Made by a program: the position numbers and the translations under genes
In this document: positions 28,155 through 41,964 of the stretch, one piece after another
Position numbering within the stretch: position 1 is the stretch's first letter
Layout: each line of letters begins with the position of its first letter
The notes under the pieces: model-generated
What the model saw: only the letters and a program-made list of their open reading frames with translations
Database searches by the model: none
What the model was told of the DNA's origin: nothing
From: Eledone cirrhosa
Lineage: Eukaryota
Direction: 5' to 3'
Assembly: GCA_964016885.1 (NCBI GenBank)
Contig: OZ024756.1
Span: 6,138,001-6,202,000, forward strand
DNA length: 64,000 nucleotides

Positions 28155-28662
28155 GGTAGTAGTAGTAGTGGTAGTAGTAGTAGTGGTAGTCGTAGAAGTA
28201 GTAGTAGTAGTAGCAGTAGTAGTAGTAGTGGTAGTGGTAGTAGTTGTAGTGGTAGTAGTATTAGTGGTAGTAGTAGTAGTGGTGGTGGTAGTGGTAGTAG
28301 TAGTAGTGGTAGTGGTAGTAGTGGTAGTAGTAGTAGTAGTAGTAGTAGTACTGGTGGTAGTAGTAGTGGTGGTGGTAGTGGTAGTAGTAGTAGTGGTAGT
28401 AGTAGTGGTAGTAGTAGTAGTGGTAGTCGTAGAAGTAGTAGTAGTAGTAGCAGTAGTAGTAGTAGTAGTAGTGGTAGTGGTAGTAGTTGTAGTGGTAGTA
28501 GTAGTAGTGGTAGTAGTAGTAGTAGTGGTGGTGGTAGTGGTAGTAGTAGTAGGGGTAGTGGTAGTGGTAGTAGTGGTAGTAGTGGTAGTAGTAGTAGTAG
28601 TAGTAGTAGCAGTCGTAGTAGTAGTAGTAGTAGTAGTGGTAGTAGCAGTAGTAGTAGTAGTA
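27998..28662. repeat. (GTA/GTG)n tract
   Basis: Direct reading. Confidence 0.95.
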
Positions 28663-29543
28663 TTAATCGTTATGTAAAATTCTTGACAGATGTGAGCAAA
28701 GGTGTTACAGGAATCTCCCTCCTATATACACCAACGTATATATACACACACACATATATATATACACACACACATATATATATACACACACACATATATA
28801 TATACACACACACATATATATATACACACACACATATATATATATACACACACACATATATATACACACACACATATATATATACACACACACATATATA
28901 TATACACACACACACATATATATACACACACACATATATATATACACACACACATATATATATACACACACAAACATATATATATATATATGTATGTATA
29001 TTTACACATATATATGTGTGTTTGTTTATACATATATATATATATCAATATATATATACATATATATATATATACATGTATATATATATATACATGTATA
29101 TATATATATATACATGTATATATATATTGTAGTAGTAGTGGTAGTAGTGGTAGTAGTAGTTGTAGTGGTAGTAGTAGTAGTGGTAGTAGTAGTAGTGGTA
29201 GTGGTACTACTACTACTACTATATATATATATATATAAATTGAAACAAAATGAAAACGAAATTTCATTTCTCACTCTTAGTATGGCACTTACTTAAATGT
29301 AAGTATGCATGTATACGTACATACATATATGTATACAGACGTACAGTAGCATGCACATATATATATATATATACATATATACATACATATGCATACAGGT
29401 ACACATACATATATGCACGTATCAGTTTAGCGGCGCTTATTATAACGTCGCTTTGTTCGTTTGTAAACAAACTGAACAGCCTGAATTTATGCCATACGGT
29501 GTTAAGGCAACCACGTCACCTTTTTGTTCAACACTGACACAGG

Positions 29544-29588
29544 AACGATGTACTAGTTTCGAGCTTGTTAGCTATCATCAGCACCGTT
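29544..29588 (-). ncRNA. Minimal type I hammerhead ribozyme
   Basis: AACGGTG CTGATGA TAGC taacaa GCTC GAAA CTAG TA CATCGTT. Confidence 0.9.
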
Positions 29589-30014
29589 TACCCATCTGCC
29601 AGATAGTTGAACGTTCGAAAGTATATACTTTCCTTATGAAAATTAAGGCTGAGCAGCCTAATTTGCATATTGAGTGAGTTAAATCGGTCAGGCATACCGA
29701 AAACGATAAATTGAAGCAAAATGAAAACGAAATTTCATTTCTCACTCTTAGTATGGCACTTACTTAAATGTAAGTATGCATGTATACGTACATACATATA
29801 TGTATACAGACGTACAGTAGCATGCACATATATATATATATATACATATATACATACATATGCATACAGGTACACATACATATATGCACGTATCAGTTTA
29901 GCGGCGCTTATTATAACGTCGCTTTGTTCGTTTGTAAACAAACTGAACAGCCTGAATTTATGCCATACGGTGTTAAGGCAACCACGTCACCTTTTTGTTC
30001 AACACTGACACAGG

Positions 30015-30059
30015 AACGATGTACTAGTTTCAAGCTTGTTAGCTATCATCAGCACCGTT
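30015..30059 (-). ncRNA. Minimal type I hammerhead ribozyme
   Basis: AACGGTG CTGATGA TAGC taacaa GCTT GAAA CTAG TA CATCGTT, 471 bp from the previous copy. Confidence 0.9.
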
Positions 30060-30565
30060 TACCCATCTGCCAGATAGTTGAACGTTCGAAAGTATATACT
30101 TTCCTTATGAAAATTAATCTGAGCAGCCTAATTTGCATATTGAGTGAGTTAAATCGGTCAGGCATACCGAAAACGATAAATTGAAACAAAATGAAAACGA
30201 AATTTCATTTCTCACTCTTAGTATGGCACTTACTTAAATGTAAGTATGCATGTATACGTACATACATATATGTATACAGACGTACAGTAGCATGCACATA
30301 TATATATATATATACATATATACATACATATGCATACAGGTACACATACATATATGCACGTATCAGTTTAGCGACGCTTATTATAACGTCGCTTTGTTCG
30401 TTTGTAAACAAACTGAACAGCCTGAATTTATGCCATACGGTGTTAAGGCAACCACGTTACCTTTTTGTATGTACGTATACATGCATACGTATACATGCAT
30501 ATGTATACGTCTGTATACATATATGTATGTACGTATACATGCATACTTACATATATATATATACA

Positions 30566-30615
<50 letters not shown>

Positions 30616-30737
30616 TATATGTTGATGTCAGTTGTTCACTTGATGCAGGAGAGACATTCGATGGCAGGATGTGAAGGTGTGGAGGGAGGGAAGGAAACGG
30701 GAAGATTGCCTGGCTGAGTCTGCTGGACTGATAATGG

Positions 30738-30801
<64 letters not shown>

Positions 30802-30806
<5 letters not shown>

Positions 30807-31359
30807 GGTAAATATTGATGCAATTCTAATTCAAGCACTCAACGTACTTTCTCCACATAGGAGTGACGGAGTAAATATCGAATAAGGAAAAGCGAAGTAG
30901 TTTCAGATGTTCAAGTCCTTTAATAATAATGCTGTGATATATATTTCAATGACGACACTGGCCACGGATGAAAAACCAAAAAGCACGAACTTCATCCGTT
31001 CCCATGTCGATTCAATTTGGATTGCCTCGGAAACAACCTTATTATGTAACAAGCTGTCTGATGATGTCACGACACTCGAACACAGAACAGTGTGGCCAGT
31101 GTCGTCATTGAAATATATATCACAGCATTATTATTAAAGGACGGTGGATTGGCAGTATCAGTAGAGGGTCGGACGCCATGCTTTGCAGCACAGTTACGTC
31201 CCTTTACGGACTAAGTTCAAGACCCGCCGAGGTTAACTTTGCCTTTCATCCTTAACGGGTCGATAAAATAAAGTACCAGTAATGCACTGGGTAATTGCTG
31301 GCCTTGTGCCTAAAGTAGAAACAATTATTATTAAAGGACTTGAACATCTGAAACTACTT
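30802..31359 (-). mobile_element. Fold-back element in (TA)n, right arm interrupted by a SINE
   Basis: Arms 30895-30965 and 31092-31359 (excluding the SINE); CTGATGA remnant at 31058; bulged stem-loop 30836-30873 (-). Confidence 0.75.
31139..31326 (+). mobile_element. SINE family 1 inserted in a fold-back arm
   Basis: TSD ATTATTATTAAAGG. Confidence 0.9.
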
Positions 31360-31361
31360 TG

Positions 31362-31449
<88 letters not shown>

Positions 31450-32928
31450 AGAGAGAGAGGGAGAGAGAGAGAGATGGATGGATAGAGGGGGAGGGATATA
31501 TTGAAAGAGGGGGACGGATAGATTGAGAGATGGGGAGGGATATATTGAGAGATGGGGAGGGAGAGATTGAGAGATGGGGAGGGAGAGATGGAGAGAGGGG
31601 GTGGAGAGAGGAGTAGGGTGAGATGAAGCGATGGAGAGAGGGTTGGGAGTGATAGAGAGGGGGTATATAGAGAGGGGGAGAGGGATGGCGAGAGGGATGG
31701 AGGGGGAGGGAGTGAGAGATAGAGAGAGGGAGGGAGAGAGAGATATATAGATGGAGAGAGAGGAAGGGAGAGAGAGAGAGACAGATAGAGAAGCGGGGGG
31801 AGAGAGAGAGAGAGTATATATATATATATATACAAGGAGTCCCAAAACATGTATACTCACTTCCGAAAGCATTCTAATAAATATTTGTATACATCTTTTG
31901 GGACACACTGTATATATATATATAGAAAGAGGGAGAAAGTGAGAGAGAGAGAATCAGAGATATATAGAGAGAGATAGAGAGATAGAGAGATAGAGAGACA
32001 TAGAGAGAGAGTGAGGGAGATAGAGAGTGAGAGAGATAGAGGAAGAGAGAGAATGAAAGAGATAGAGGGTGAGAGAGATAGAGAAAGAGATAGAGAGTGA
32101 GCGAGATAGAGAGTGAGCGAGATAGAGTGAGAGAGATACAGAGAGAGAAAGAGAGTGAGCGAGATAGGGACAGAGATAGAGAGTGAGCGAGATAGGGAGA
32201 GAGATAGAGAGTGAGAGAGATAGGGAGCGAGATAGGGAGAGAGATAGAGAGTGAGCGAGATAGGGAAAGAGATAGAGAGTGAGAGAGATAGGGAGCGAGA
32301 TAGGGAGAGAGATAGAGAGTGAACGAGATAGGGATAGATATAGAGAGTGAGCGAGATAGAGAGTGAGCGAGATAGAGATAGAGAGTGAGCGAGATAGCAA
32401 GAGAGATAGAGAGTGAGCTAGATAGAGAGGGTGAGCGAGAGACAGCGAGAGACAGCGAGAGGGTGAGCGAGAGACAGAGAGAGACAGCGAGAGGGTGAGC
32501 GAGAGACAGCGAGAGACAGCGAGAGGGTGAGCGAGAGACAGCGAGAGACAGCGAGAGGGTGAGCGAGAGACAGCGAGAGACAGCGAGAGACAGCGAGAGG
32601 GTGAGCGAGAGACAGCGAGAGACAGCGAGAGACAGCGAGAGAGAGCGAGTGATAAGGAGAGTGAGAGTGAGCGAGGACGGGGAGAGGGGTGGGTGGCGTC
32701 TATCATCCGACAACCTAACGTCGCCTATTTATAAGGACGTGGATGAGATATGGATATTAAGCATGTCATGTCGTATTGATTACATTAGACACACACACAT
32801 ACACACATACATATATAAACATGCGCACACACACACACATATATATACATATGCACACACACACACATACACACATATATATATATATAAACATGCACAC
32901 ACACACACATACATATACATACACACAT

Positions 32929-32961
<33 letters not shown>

Positions 32962-33016
32962 CATATGCACACACACATACACATATATATATATAAACAT
33001 GCACACACACACATAC

Positions 33017-33055
<39 letters not shown>

Positions 33056-33115
33056 CACACACATATATATATATACATATGCACACACACACACACATAT
33101 GTATATATAAACATG

Positions 33116-33147
<32 letters not shown>

Positions 33148-33598
33148 CATATGCACACACACATACACACACATATATATATATACATATGCACACACAC
33201 ACACACACACTTACATGAACACACACACACATGAACACACTTACACACACAAACACACACGCCCAAATGTGTTTATTTGTGTACAGAGTAATATGTATAT
33301 AAAACCTACATAATGACAAGGGCACGCATATATGTGTGTGTGTGTGTTTATTTATATGTGCGGGGGGTTGTGTGTTAGTGTACATAGGTGTGTATGCGTG
33401 GGTTCTGTGTGGGTGTGTGTGTATGAATGTGTGTGTGTATGGGGGTATGTGTGAGTGTATATATGTGTGTGTATGGGGGGTATGTGTGAGTGTGTGTATG
33501 TGTGTGTTCTGTATTTGTGTGTGGGGAGAATGGGATAGGGGGATGTTGATAGGTAAAGAGATGGGTATATAGAGAAATGCGGGAGTCTGCAGGTCAGG

Positions 33599-33686
<88 letters not shown>

Positions 33687-33832
33687 GTAAAAAATACATA
33701 TAGGGAAACAAGTATTATCCAACCGTATGTCAATGTGGTTCTATGGCGGATTAATAAAATAATATGGCGTCAGTTTGTGATTTGAACTGGGGAATTTTAT
33801 ATTCTCCGAGGGAGAAGAGCCTTCTGAAGATT

Positions 33833-34096
33833 GCGCCCGTGATGTTTGCTCTTATCTGATTAGTTTTGCAAATTCTACCTGTTTTCCAAGAGATGTCAAC
33901 ATTGACTTCTCAATCAGCCGAGACAAACCTACTTTTGGCGCAAAATCAATTTTTAACATTCACATGACCTCTACCAACCAATCAAAATTGTTTTGACCAC
34001 AACAATTTTTTCATACATCTGGAGCCACTTTTTTTTTTTACATAAAACAGGAAGAATTTCCCATACTAATCAGATTAGAGCAAACATCACGGGCGC
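33833..34096. mobile_element. MITE with TIRs of about 32 bp
   Basis: GCGCCCGTGATGTTTGCTCTTATCTGATTAGT / ACTAATCAGATTAGAGCAAACATCACGGGCGC. Confidence 0.75.
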
Positions 34097-34255
34097 TCTA
34101 TCTCAACATTATTTTTGAAAAGCATTAGAAATGCGCAACCGGTAAATCTTAAAACCAAAACTGAATACTAACCAATACTATTACTAATTTTTACTTATTC
34201 CTAATTAAACTATTTTTCACTGGGAACAATTTGTCAGCATTTTCTTTTCCTTTTA

Positions 34256-34324
<69 letters not shown>

Positions 34325-34454
34325 GACGTTATTTTACGTCTTTCATATAATTGTTCTGCATCCCCCTGCATTGAACCACCTAGGTACTATGACATAACTT
34401 ATGTATTTGCTAGCATTAGTGTACATCTGTACGCATATGTTGGTAAATATACTA

Positions 34455-34505
<51 letters not shown>

Positions 34506-34820
34506 ATATATATATATATATATATATATTTGGACATCTATATTTTGGGCATCTTTAAAAAAGTCTATCTAAAATTATATATATATATATAAATTTAGAT
34601 AGATTATTTTTAAAGATGTCCAAAAGACTTGATTGGAAGAATATTTTTCAATTTTACAGATGAAAAGAAGGTCCCCATTATATGTGTTCTTCAATGATTA
34701 TACATTGTAGAAATCTTCAAGAATTCTGATTACCAGAGTTGCTAAACTCCATGCTGTCATTACTAAACACAAGAATTTCATTACATTGACTGGAACAAAA
34801 TAATAAGATAATTTATTTAC

Positions 34821-34882
34821 CTGGATTTATAGCTGTGATGATGAATTTGAAACCTTTACCACGTGGACCCGTTCCGTCTGAG
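34821..34882 (-). CDS. Candidate internal exon encoding the C-terminal end of a CUB domain
   Basis: Acceptor ggtgtttttcag, donor CAG|gtaaat; phase 2 to phase 1; SDGTGPRGKGFKFIITAINP fits the CUB SD..GF.. motif. Confidence 0.6.
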
Positions 34883-34955
34883 CTGAAAAACACCAATGAA
34901 TGCAGTGAGATATTTAATATGAAGTAATTTCATGTGTTGAATAATGTATATACTG

Positions 34956-35031
<76 letters not shown>

Positions 35032-35115
35032 AAGACATAGATAAGTTAAACGTCGTCTTATCACTAACCATCACTCTTACTTCCTTTTCTCTCGCTTTTC
35101 TATTTCAATTTCTAT

Positions 35116-35159
<44 letters not shown>

Positions 35160-35162
<3 letters not shown>

Positions 35163-35315
35163 AAAAGAGTAAGGACCCCGACGGCTGAGCTCCGCCCGTT
35201 TCGACAGCTAGATCCGACGGAGCTCAGCCGACGGATCCTATTACCCACACTATTACACTAAGTATTGAGTACTCTGGTGCGTTATGGTATCTTACTACAC
35301 ACTCTTTGTTTTATA
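35160..35315 (+). mobile_element. Short fold-back element in (TA)n; related copy at 44318-44468
   Basis: GGACCCCGACGGCTGAGCTCCG / CGGAGCTCAGCCGACGGATCC arms; both copies share the tail AAGTATTGAGTACTCTGGTGCGTTATGGT. Confidence 0.7.
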
Positions 35316-35588
35316 AATATATATATATAGTTATATATACATGTATATATAACTATATATATATATATACATATATATACATGTATATATAACTATATAT
35401 ATATATATACATGTATATATAACTATATATATATATATATATAGTTCTATATACATGTATATATATATATATATATATAGTTATATATACATTTATATAT
35501 ATATATATATAGTTATATATACATGTATATATATATATATATATAGTTATATATATATATACATGTATATATATATATATAGTTATAT

Positions 35589-35669
<81 letters not shown>

Positions 35670-35714
35670 TATATACATGTATATATATAAATATATATAT
35701 ATATATAGTTATAT

Positions 35715-35753
<39 letters not shown>

Positions 35754-35782
35754 TATATACATGTGTATATATATAGTTATAT

Positions 35783-35863
<81 letters not shown>

Positions 35864-35873
35864 CATATGTATA

Positions 35874-35910
<37 letters not shown>

Positions 35911-36213
35911 TGTATTTGTTAGTTTAATAGTACCAATCTACAGTTCAGACTGCAACTGAACCTAAAGAGCTTCCTACAATTCGAACAAGGTAATTATTTT
36001 TCCTTCGCTAGAAAACACAATGTCAGGACGAGTAGTTTAACAATCGATATCAACGTCAGGTCAGGTTTTGTTGAAATTCAGTCAATACAGAGAAACATTA
36101 TATATCCAAGTATTCAAGATGGAGGGAATTGATATTTTTCAATCAGCATCCAATGAGAAAGAACACTTTTATTGTTAGTTTATGAGAAAAAACCGCCACC
36201 AGCGAGGAGTTTA

Positions 36214-36521
36214 CAGTTGTGCCTCGGTATTCGCGGCGATACGTTCATAGAGCGCCAGTGAAAAATGGAAAACCGCGAATATGGGACATGGTCCATAAAA
36301 ATGCTTATAAACGTCAACATATAACGTAAAATATAGACCAGCAAATTCGGTATATTATCATTAATAATTTAGCGTTAAAAGCGTGAAAAAATATCTATTG
36401 GTAAGAAAGATAACATTAAATAATCGCGGAAGATATTTGCGATTCCGCGAATATGAAATGTTTCCACGAAAAATTATTAGTTAGGTTCGAAGGAAAATTC
36501 CGCGAATACCGTGTGTTCATT
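36214..36521. mobile_element. Tigger/pogo-like MITE
   Basis: TA|CAGTTGTGCCTCGGTATTCGCGG..CCGCGAATACCG with internal CCGCGAATA repeats. Confidence 0.6.
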
Positions 36522-36530
36522 ATATAATAT

Positions 36531-36665
36531 GGCGGTGGATTGGCAGTATCGGTAGAGGGTCGGACGCTATGCCTTGCAGCATAGTTACGTCCCTTTACGG
36601 ACCGAGTTTAAATCCGGCCGAGGTTAACCTTCCTTTCATCCTTACGGAGTCGATAAAATAAGTAT
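36531..36665 (+). mobile_element. SINE family 1, 3'-truncated
   Basis: A and B boxes plus core. Confidence 0.85.
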
Positions 36666-36994
36666 ATCATATAATGTGATGTTAGATATTGTTTTATATC
36701 CAGAACTTGTTGGGAGTATATCGTAGAGCTGTGAAATCTTGCATTCCGGGGACTATGTTGAAAAATAAACATCATTTGGTTGTTCTATGAGAATAACTTG
36801 GAGAGCCTATAATCTTTTCAACGGAACCTCGTAAATATATAATACTGTATATATATATATGCAGAGGTTATATTTAATTTGTTGGGATTCAATAAGCTTA
36901 ACATTTTTTATAACTGAAATAAAGCACTCAACAGTTTAGTATAGTAAATACACGATATATTAATAAATGGAAATTATATTTGTAAAACCATATT

Positions 36995-37060
36995 TATTTT
37001 ATTATATATATTTCAAGGTCGACCAAGGTAAATGATGGTGCGCTTTCATCAGATAAAATA
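36995..37060 (-). ncRNA. Type I hammerhead ribozyme
   Basis: Reverse complement of 37193-37258. Confidence 0.85.
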
Positions 37061-37192
37061 CAGATTTGTTTTATAAATAAATATTGACATACCCGGAAAA
37101 ATACAACCTCAATGGTTGAAATCCAGCGAATTTCGACCGTTAAGGTTGTCTTTTTTCCCGGTATGTCAATATTTATTTATAAAACAAATCTG

Positions 37193-37258
37193 TATTTTAT
37201 CTGATGAAAGCGCACCATCATTTACCTTGGTCGACCTTGAAATATATATAATAAAATA
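37193..37258 (+). ncRNA. Type I hammerhead ribozyme
   Basis: TATTTTAT CTGATGA AAG cgc ACCA..TGGT cgac CTT GAAA TATATA TA ATAAAATA; perfect 8-bp stem I. Confidence 0.85.
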
Positions 37259-37495
37259 AATATGGTTTTATAAATATAGTTTCCATTTATTAATATATTG
37301 TGTATATATATATGTGTGTGTGTATTGGATTTAGGTTTAGATTACCTAGTTTCTCGAAACCCTTTGGTAATGGAATAATTATATTGTGTTGTTTATTATG
37401 TAATGAAATAGCTCTGTACTATACATAGAGCACTCTTCTTTCTCTTACCTTTTCTACGGAAATACTTTATATATTAACATACACACATGATAGGT

Positions 37496-37547
<52 letters not shown>

Positions 37548-37778
37548 ATAACCAACTAAATCTTGCATGTATTAATTTCAACTCTTTTTATTAATAACTA
37601 CATTTCTTCTTTCCAGGCAGGGAATATGTTTAAAAATAAACCGCGTTTGGTCATTCCATGAGAGTATCTTGGTCAGCCTATGAACTTTCCAACATATGAA
37701 CCTTTCAGCCGAACCTCTCACAAGAGCACGAGAAGGTAAAGAGTTCAAGATGTGAATAGGTTTATTATAAGATATAAA

Positions 37779-38185
37779 GGCGGTGGTTTAGTAGTATTCG
37801 GTAGAGCGTCAGACACCCTGCTTCGCAGCATAGAGTTACGTCCCTTTATGTTCTGAGTTCAAATCCCGTCAAAGTTAAATTTGCTTCTCATCCTTACTGG
37901 GTCGATAAAATAAAGTACCAGTAATACACTGGAGAAATTGCTGACCTTGTGCCAAATGTAGAAACAATTATTAAAAGATATATTATAAGATATAAGGGCA
38001 CTGGTTTGGTAGTAATCGGTAGAGCGCCAGACACCATGATGTAGAGCTTAGTTATGGCCCTTTACTTCCTGAGTTCAAATCCTACCGAGGTTAAAGTTGC
38101 TATTCATCCTTACGGGGGTTGATAAAATAAAGTACCAGTAATACACTGGAGTAATTGCTCACCTTGTGCCCAAAGTAGAAAGATT
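37779..38185 (+). mobile_element. Two tandem SINE family 1 copies
   Basis: Each flanked by TTATAAGATATA-like duplications. Confidence 0.85.
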
Positions 38186-38443
38186 ATTATAAGATATATG
38201 TGCAAGAATGTAGGAATGTACAATTGTTCCTGGTAAGAAGATAAGTAAACATGTAATAAAGTAGGATGTGGTATGATCTCCAAGGGTTATATTAAGTACT
38301 TGTCGAAGTGGTTGTATTTAGTAAATATCTTTGTAGACTTATCAAAGCCCTTTTAGTGTGAGATATTTGTAACCCGCGAGGATTTGTCCGATTTCTGCGT
38401 GTTTTGTCAACTCGAAAGATCGGCACGCACGCACGCACGTACG

Positions 38444-38485
<42 letters not shown>

Positions 38486-38647
38486 AAGAGAGAGAGAGAG
38501 AGAAAGAGAGCGATATAGAGGGAGAGAGACAGAGAGAGAAAGCATGCATATATACATATCCATAATACACGCATATATATATATATATAAACATACATCA
38601 AAAAGTACACATAATCCACACATTCAAACACATACACACACGTGTGC

Positions 38648-38694
<47 letters not shown>

Positions 38695-39079
38695 TATACC
38701 TCAATATAATGAAGGCCCGTGATTGGTTGGTTAAAGAATGGATTCGCAATCGTGAGGTTGTCAGTTCGATTCCTGGACCAAGCGATGTGTTATGTCCTTC
38801 AGCAAAACACTTTATTTAATGTTTCTCCTTCCGATAGGTTGTATTATCAATTGGAAAGACCAACGGTAATATTATTTCCTGGTTCCAATTTGACGAAAGT
38901 CGATCGACTGTCGATATATATACACCATTTAACCATTTAACACTCATTTAACCATTCATAGTCATATAATTGTAGAAACATACACAAATGTATTGAATAA
39001 ACTGACACACACATATAAATATATTAAAGCAACAGACGTACTCACTATGACATACACATATACAGATAGATGTGGTCTA

Positions 39080-40036
39080 ATAATTGTTTCTAATTTAGGC
39101 ACAAGGCCAGCAATTACCCAGTGCATTACTGGTACTTTATTTTATCGACCCCGTAAGGATGAAAGGCAAAGTTAACCTCGGCCGGATTTGAACTCAGATC
39201 GTAAATAATATAACTGAAAACGTAACCCGTCGCTACGTGTAAACTACTTTCAAAACACATAAACCAGAGAAACTTCGACTCGTTGTGAAAAATATAATCC
39301 CTGCCTTTGTTTTTCAATGCAAAGACTTATTGGGAAATAGTAAGAGTTTCTGATTTAGGCACAAGGCCAGCAATTTTGGGGAGGGGAAAGTCGATTAAAT
39401 CGACCCCAGTGCGTTACAGGTACTTTATTTTATCGACCCTGTAAGGATGAAAGGCAAAGTTAAACTCGGCGGGATTTGAACTCAGACAGTAAAGGGGCGT
39501 AACTATGCTGAAAAGCATGGCATCCGACACTCTACCGATACTGCCAATTCTAATGTATCAAAAGTAGAGCGGTGGACGATAAACGCTTCAATGAGAATAA
39601 CAATAGGGAAATAAAACAACAACTATAGGTTCAGAAATTGTTAGAAGACGTCTGATATAAAAATATAATTGTTTCTACTTTAGGCAAAAGGCCAACAATT
39701 ACCCAGTGCATTACTGGTACTTTATTTTATCGACCCCGTAAGGATAAAAGGCAAGGTCAATCTCGCCGGGATTTGAACTCAGATCGTAAAGGGACGTAAC
39801 TATGCTGGAAAGCATGGCGTCCGACCCTCTACCGATACTGCCAATCCACCGATAAAAATATAATTGTTTCTACTTTAGGCACCAGGCCAGCAAATTACCC
39901 AGTGCATTACTGGTACTTTATTTTATCGACCCGGTAAGGATGAAAGGCAAAGTCAACCTCGGCGGGATTTGAACTCAGATCGTAAAGGGACGTAACTATG
40001 CTGGAAAGCATGGCGTCCGACCCTCTACCGATACTG
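39080..40036 (-). mobile_element. Four SINE family 1 copies
   Basis: 39080-39204, 39346-39548, 39667-39851, 39861-40036. Confidence 0.9.
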
Positions 40037-40268
40037 AAATATAATAATATGTAGGGGGTGTTTCAGTGAAATTTGTCAGAGATATGATTAGTTAGACAGT
40101 GACAGGCAACTGAGAGTTACTTCCGGCTATAAACAATTCCTCTGACGTACTTTCTTGCTTGGCTCAGCTATTGCTGGATAATTTCGTGACAAACCATCAT
40201 CGCAGATTTTCACCACATGTGTCTCTTCGAATCTTGTTGAAGCATTTATCGTCCACCACTGTACATTG

Positions 40269-40309
<41 letters not shown>

Positions 40310-40402
40310 CGTATGTGTGTGTGTATGTATATATATATATGCGCGCGTGTGTGTATCTGTGTGTATGTATATATATATATATATATATGCGTGTGTGTGT
40401 GT

Positions 40403-40472
<70 letters not shown>

Positions 40473-40543
40473 GCGTGCGTGTATGTATATATGTGTTTGT
40501 GTATGTGTGTATATATATATATATATGCGTGTGTGTGTATGTG

Positions 40544-40582
<39 letters not shown>

Positions 40583-40665
40583 CTGTGTGTATATGTGTGT
40601 GTATATATATATGTGTGTGTGTGTCTGTATATGAGTGTGTGTATATATATATATGTGTGTGTATG

Positions 40666-40718
<53 letters not shown>

Positions 40719-40721
40719 GTG

Positions 40722-40752
<31 letters not shown>

Positions 40753-40765
40753 ATATATATATATA

Positions 40766-40804
<39 letters not shown>

Positions 40805-40831
40805 GTGTGTGTATATGTGTGTATATATATA

Positions 40832-40914
<83 letters not shown>

Positions 40915-41021
40915 GTGTGTGTGTGTGTATATATGTGTGTAAATATATATATGTGTGTGTGTGTGTGTATATATGTGTGTATATATATATATATCTGTGT
41001 GTGTGTGTGTATATATGTGTG

Positions 41022-41052
<31 letters not shown>

Positions 41053-41317
41053 ATATATGTGTGTAAATATATATATGTGTGTGTGTGTACTGATTATTTC
41101 GATTCTATAAAGAATGTATAAAAAAGAAGGGGTTGGCTGAAATCGGATCAGAATACAGGAAATGACCCTGGAAGTCTCTTGCCCCGATGTATTCTGTGTT
41201 TTGGGGTGTTCGGGTAGTTGAAGGGAGGTCCCCCGGTTAGTTGAAGGGGGTGACCGGTTGGTTGAAAGGGGTGTCCGGGTGGTTAAAGGGGCAAAGTCTG
41301 ACATTATTATGAATCCT

Positions 41318-41503
41318 GGTGGATTAGCAGTATCGGTAGAGGCTCGGACGCCATGCTTTGACGTATAGAGTTACGGCCCTTTATGGTCTGAGTTCAAATC
41401 TCGCCGAGCTTAACGTTGCCTTTCATCCTTCGTGGTCGATAAAATAAAGTACCAGTAATTTACTGGAATAATTGCTGGCCTTGTGACAAAATTACAAACA
41501 ATT
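41318..41503 (+). mobile_element. SINE family 1
   Basis: Consensus match. Confidence 0.85.
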
Positions 41504-41559
41504 ACTACGAATTCCTAAAATGTATTGGGTTAGCAGAACCTTTAGTGTTACGGTCGAAA

Positions 41560-41733
41560 TATATTGTAATATCCGTTATAACGAAATTCACGGAGTATAA
41601 TATAAAATTCGTTGTAACGAAAATTTCGTCATAACGAGATCGACAGAAACAAATCGAGCGTTTGTTATTAATTCAGAGATTGAAAAAAAAATTGTTATAC
41701 TGAAAAATTCGTTATACCGGGATTTTACCTGTA
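41560..41733. mobile_element. Tigger-like MITE fragment
   Basis: Repeated TTCGTTATAAC units ending GATTTTACCTG|TA. Confidence 0.5.
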
Positions 41734-41964
41734 TTTCATTACGACTCTTTCTACAAGCTATTTTAAATTCCCGCCCAGGTCAACTTTGCGTTTCATCCGT
41801 CCGTTGTTCATACACTAGGGTCTAATATTTTCTCATCAAACAATATAAATATTATATTCTACATTGCTATAATTTCATCACAGGATTCCTCACAACAGAA
41901 TTGCTTCTGGTTTATCTTGAATTGATTTAAGTACGATCACTGGCTGGAAAGTTCAGAGGTTGAC

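Larger units (their letters stand above)
29235..30552 (-). mobile_element. Tandem array of a 471/470-bp hammerhead-containing unit (about 2.6 copies) plus a short inverted terminal segment
   Basis: Units start at 29235, 29706 and 30176 and are nearly identical. About 30467-30552 is an inverted copy of part of the unit. Flanked by (TA)n. Confidence 0.9.
36861..37305 (-). mobile_element. Fold-back element (about 170-bp arms) with two intact hammerheads
   Basis: Arms span 36948-37305; tail 36861-36947; flanked by (TA)n. Confidence 0.9.

Noticed and set aside
40110-40260. Minus-strand exon or hAT-like peptide ([11 protein letters not shown])
   Set aside because: Too short, and its end matches 39569-39598 in inverted orientation, suggesting a degraded transposon rather than a host exon.
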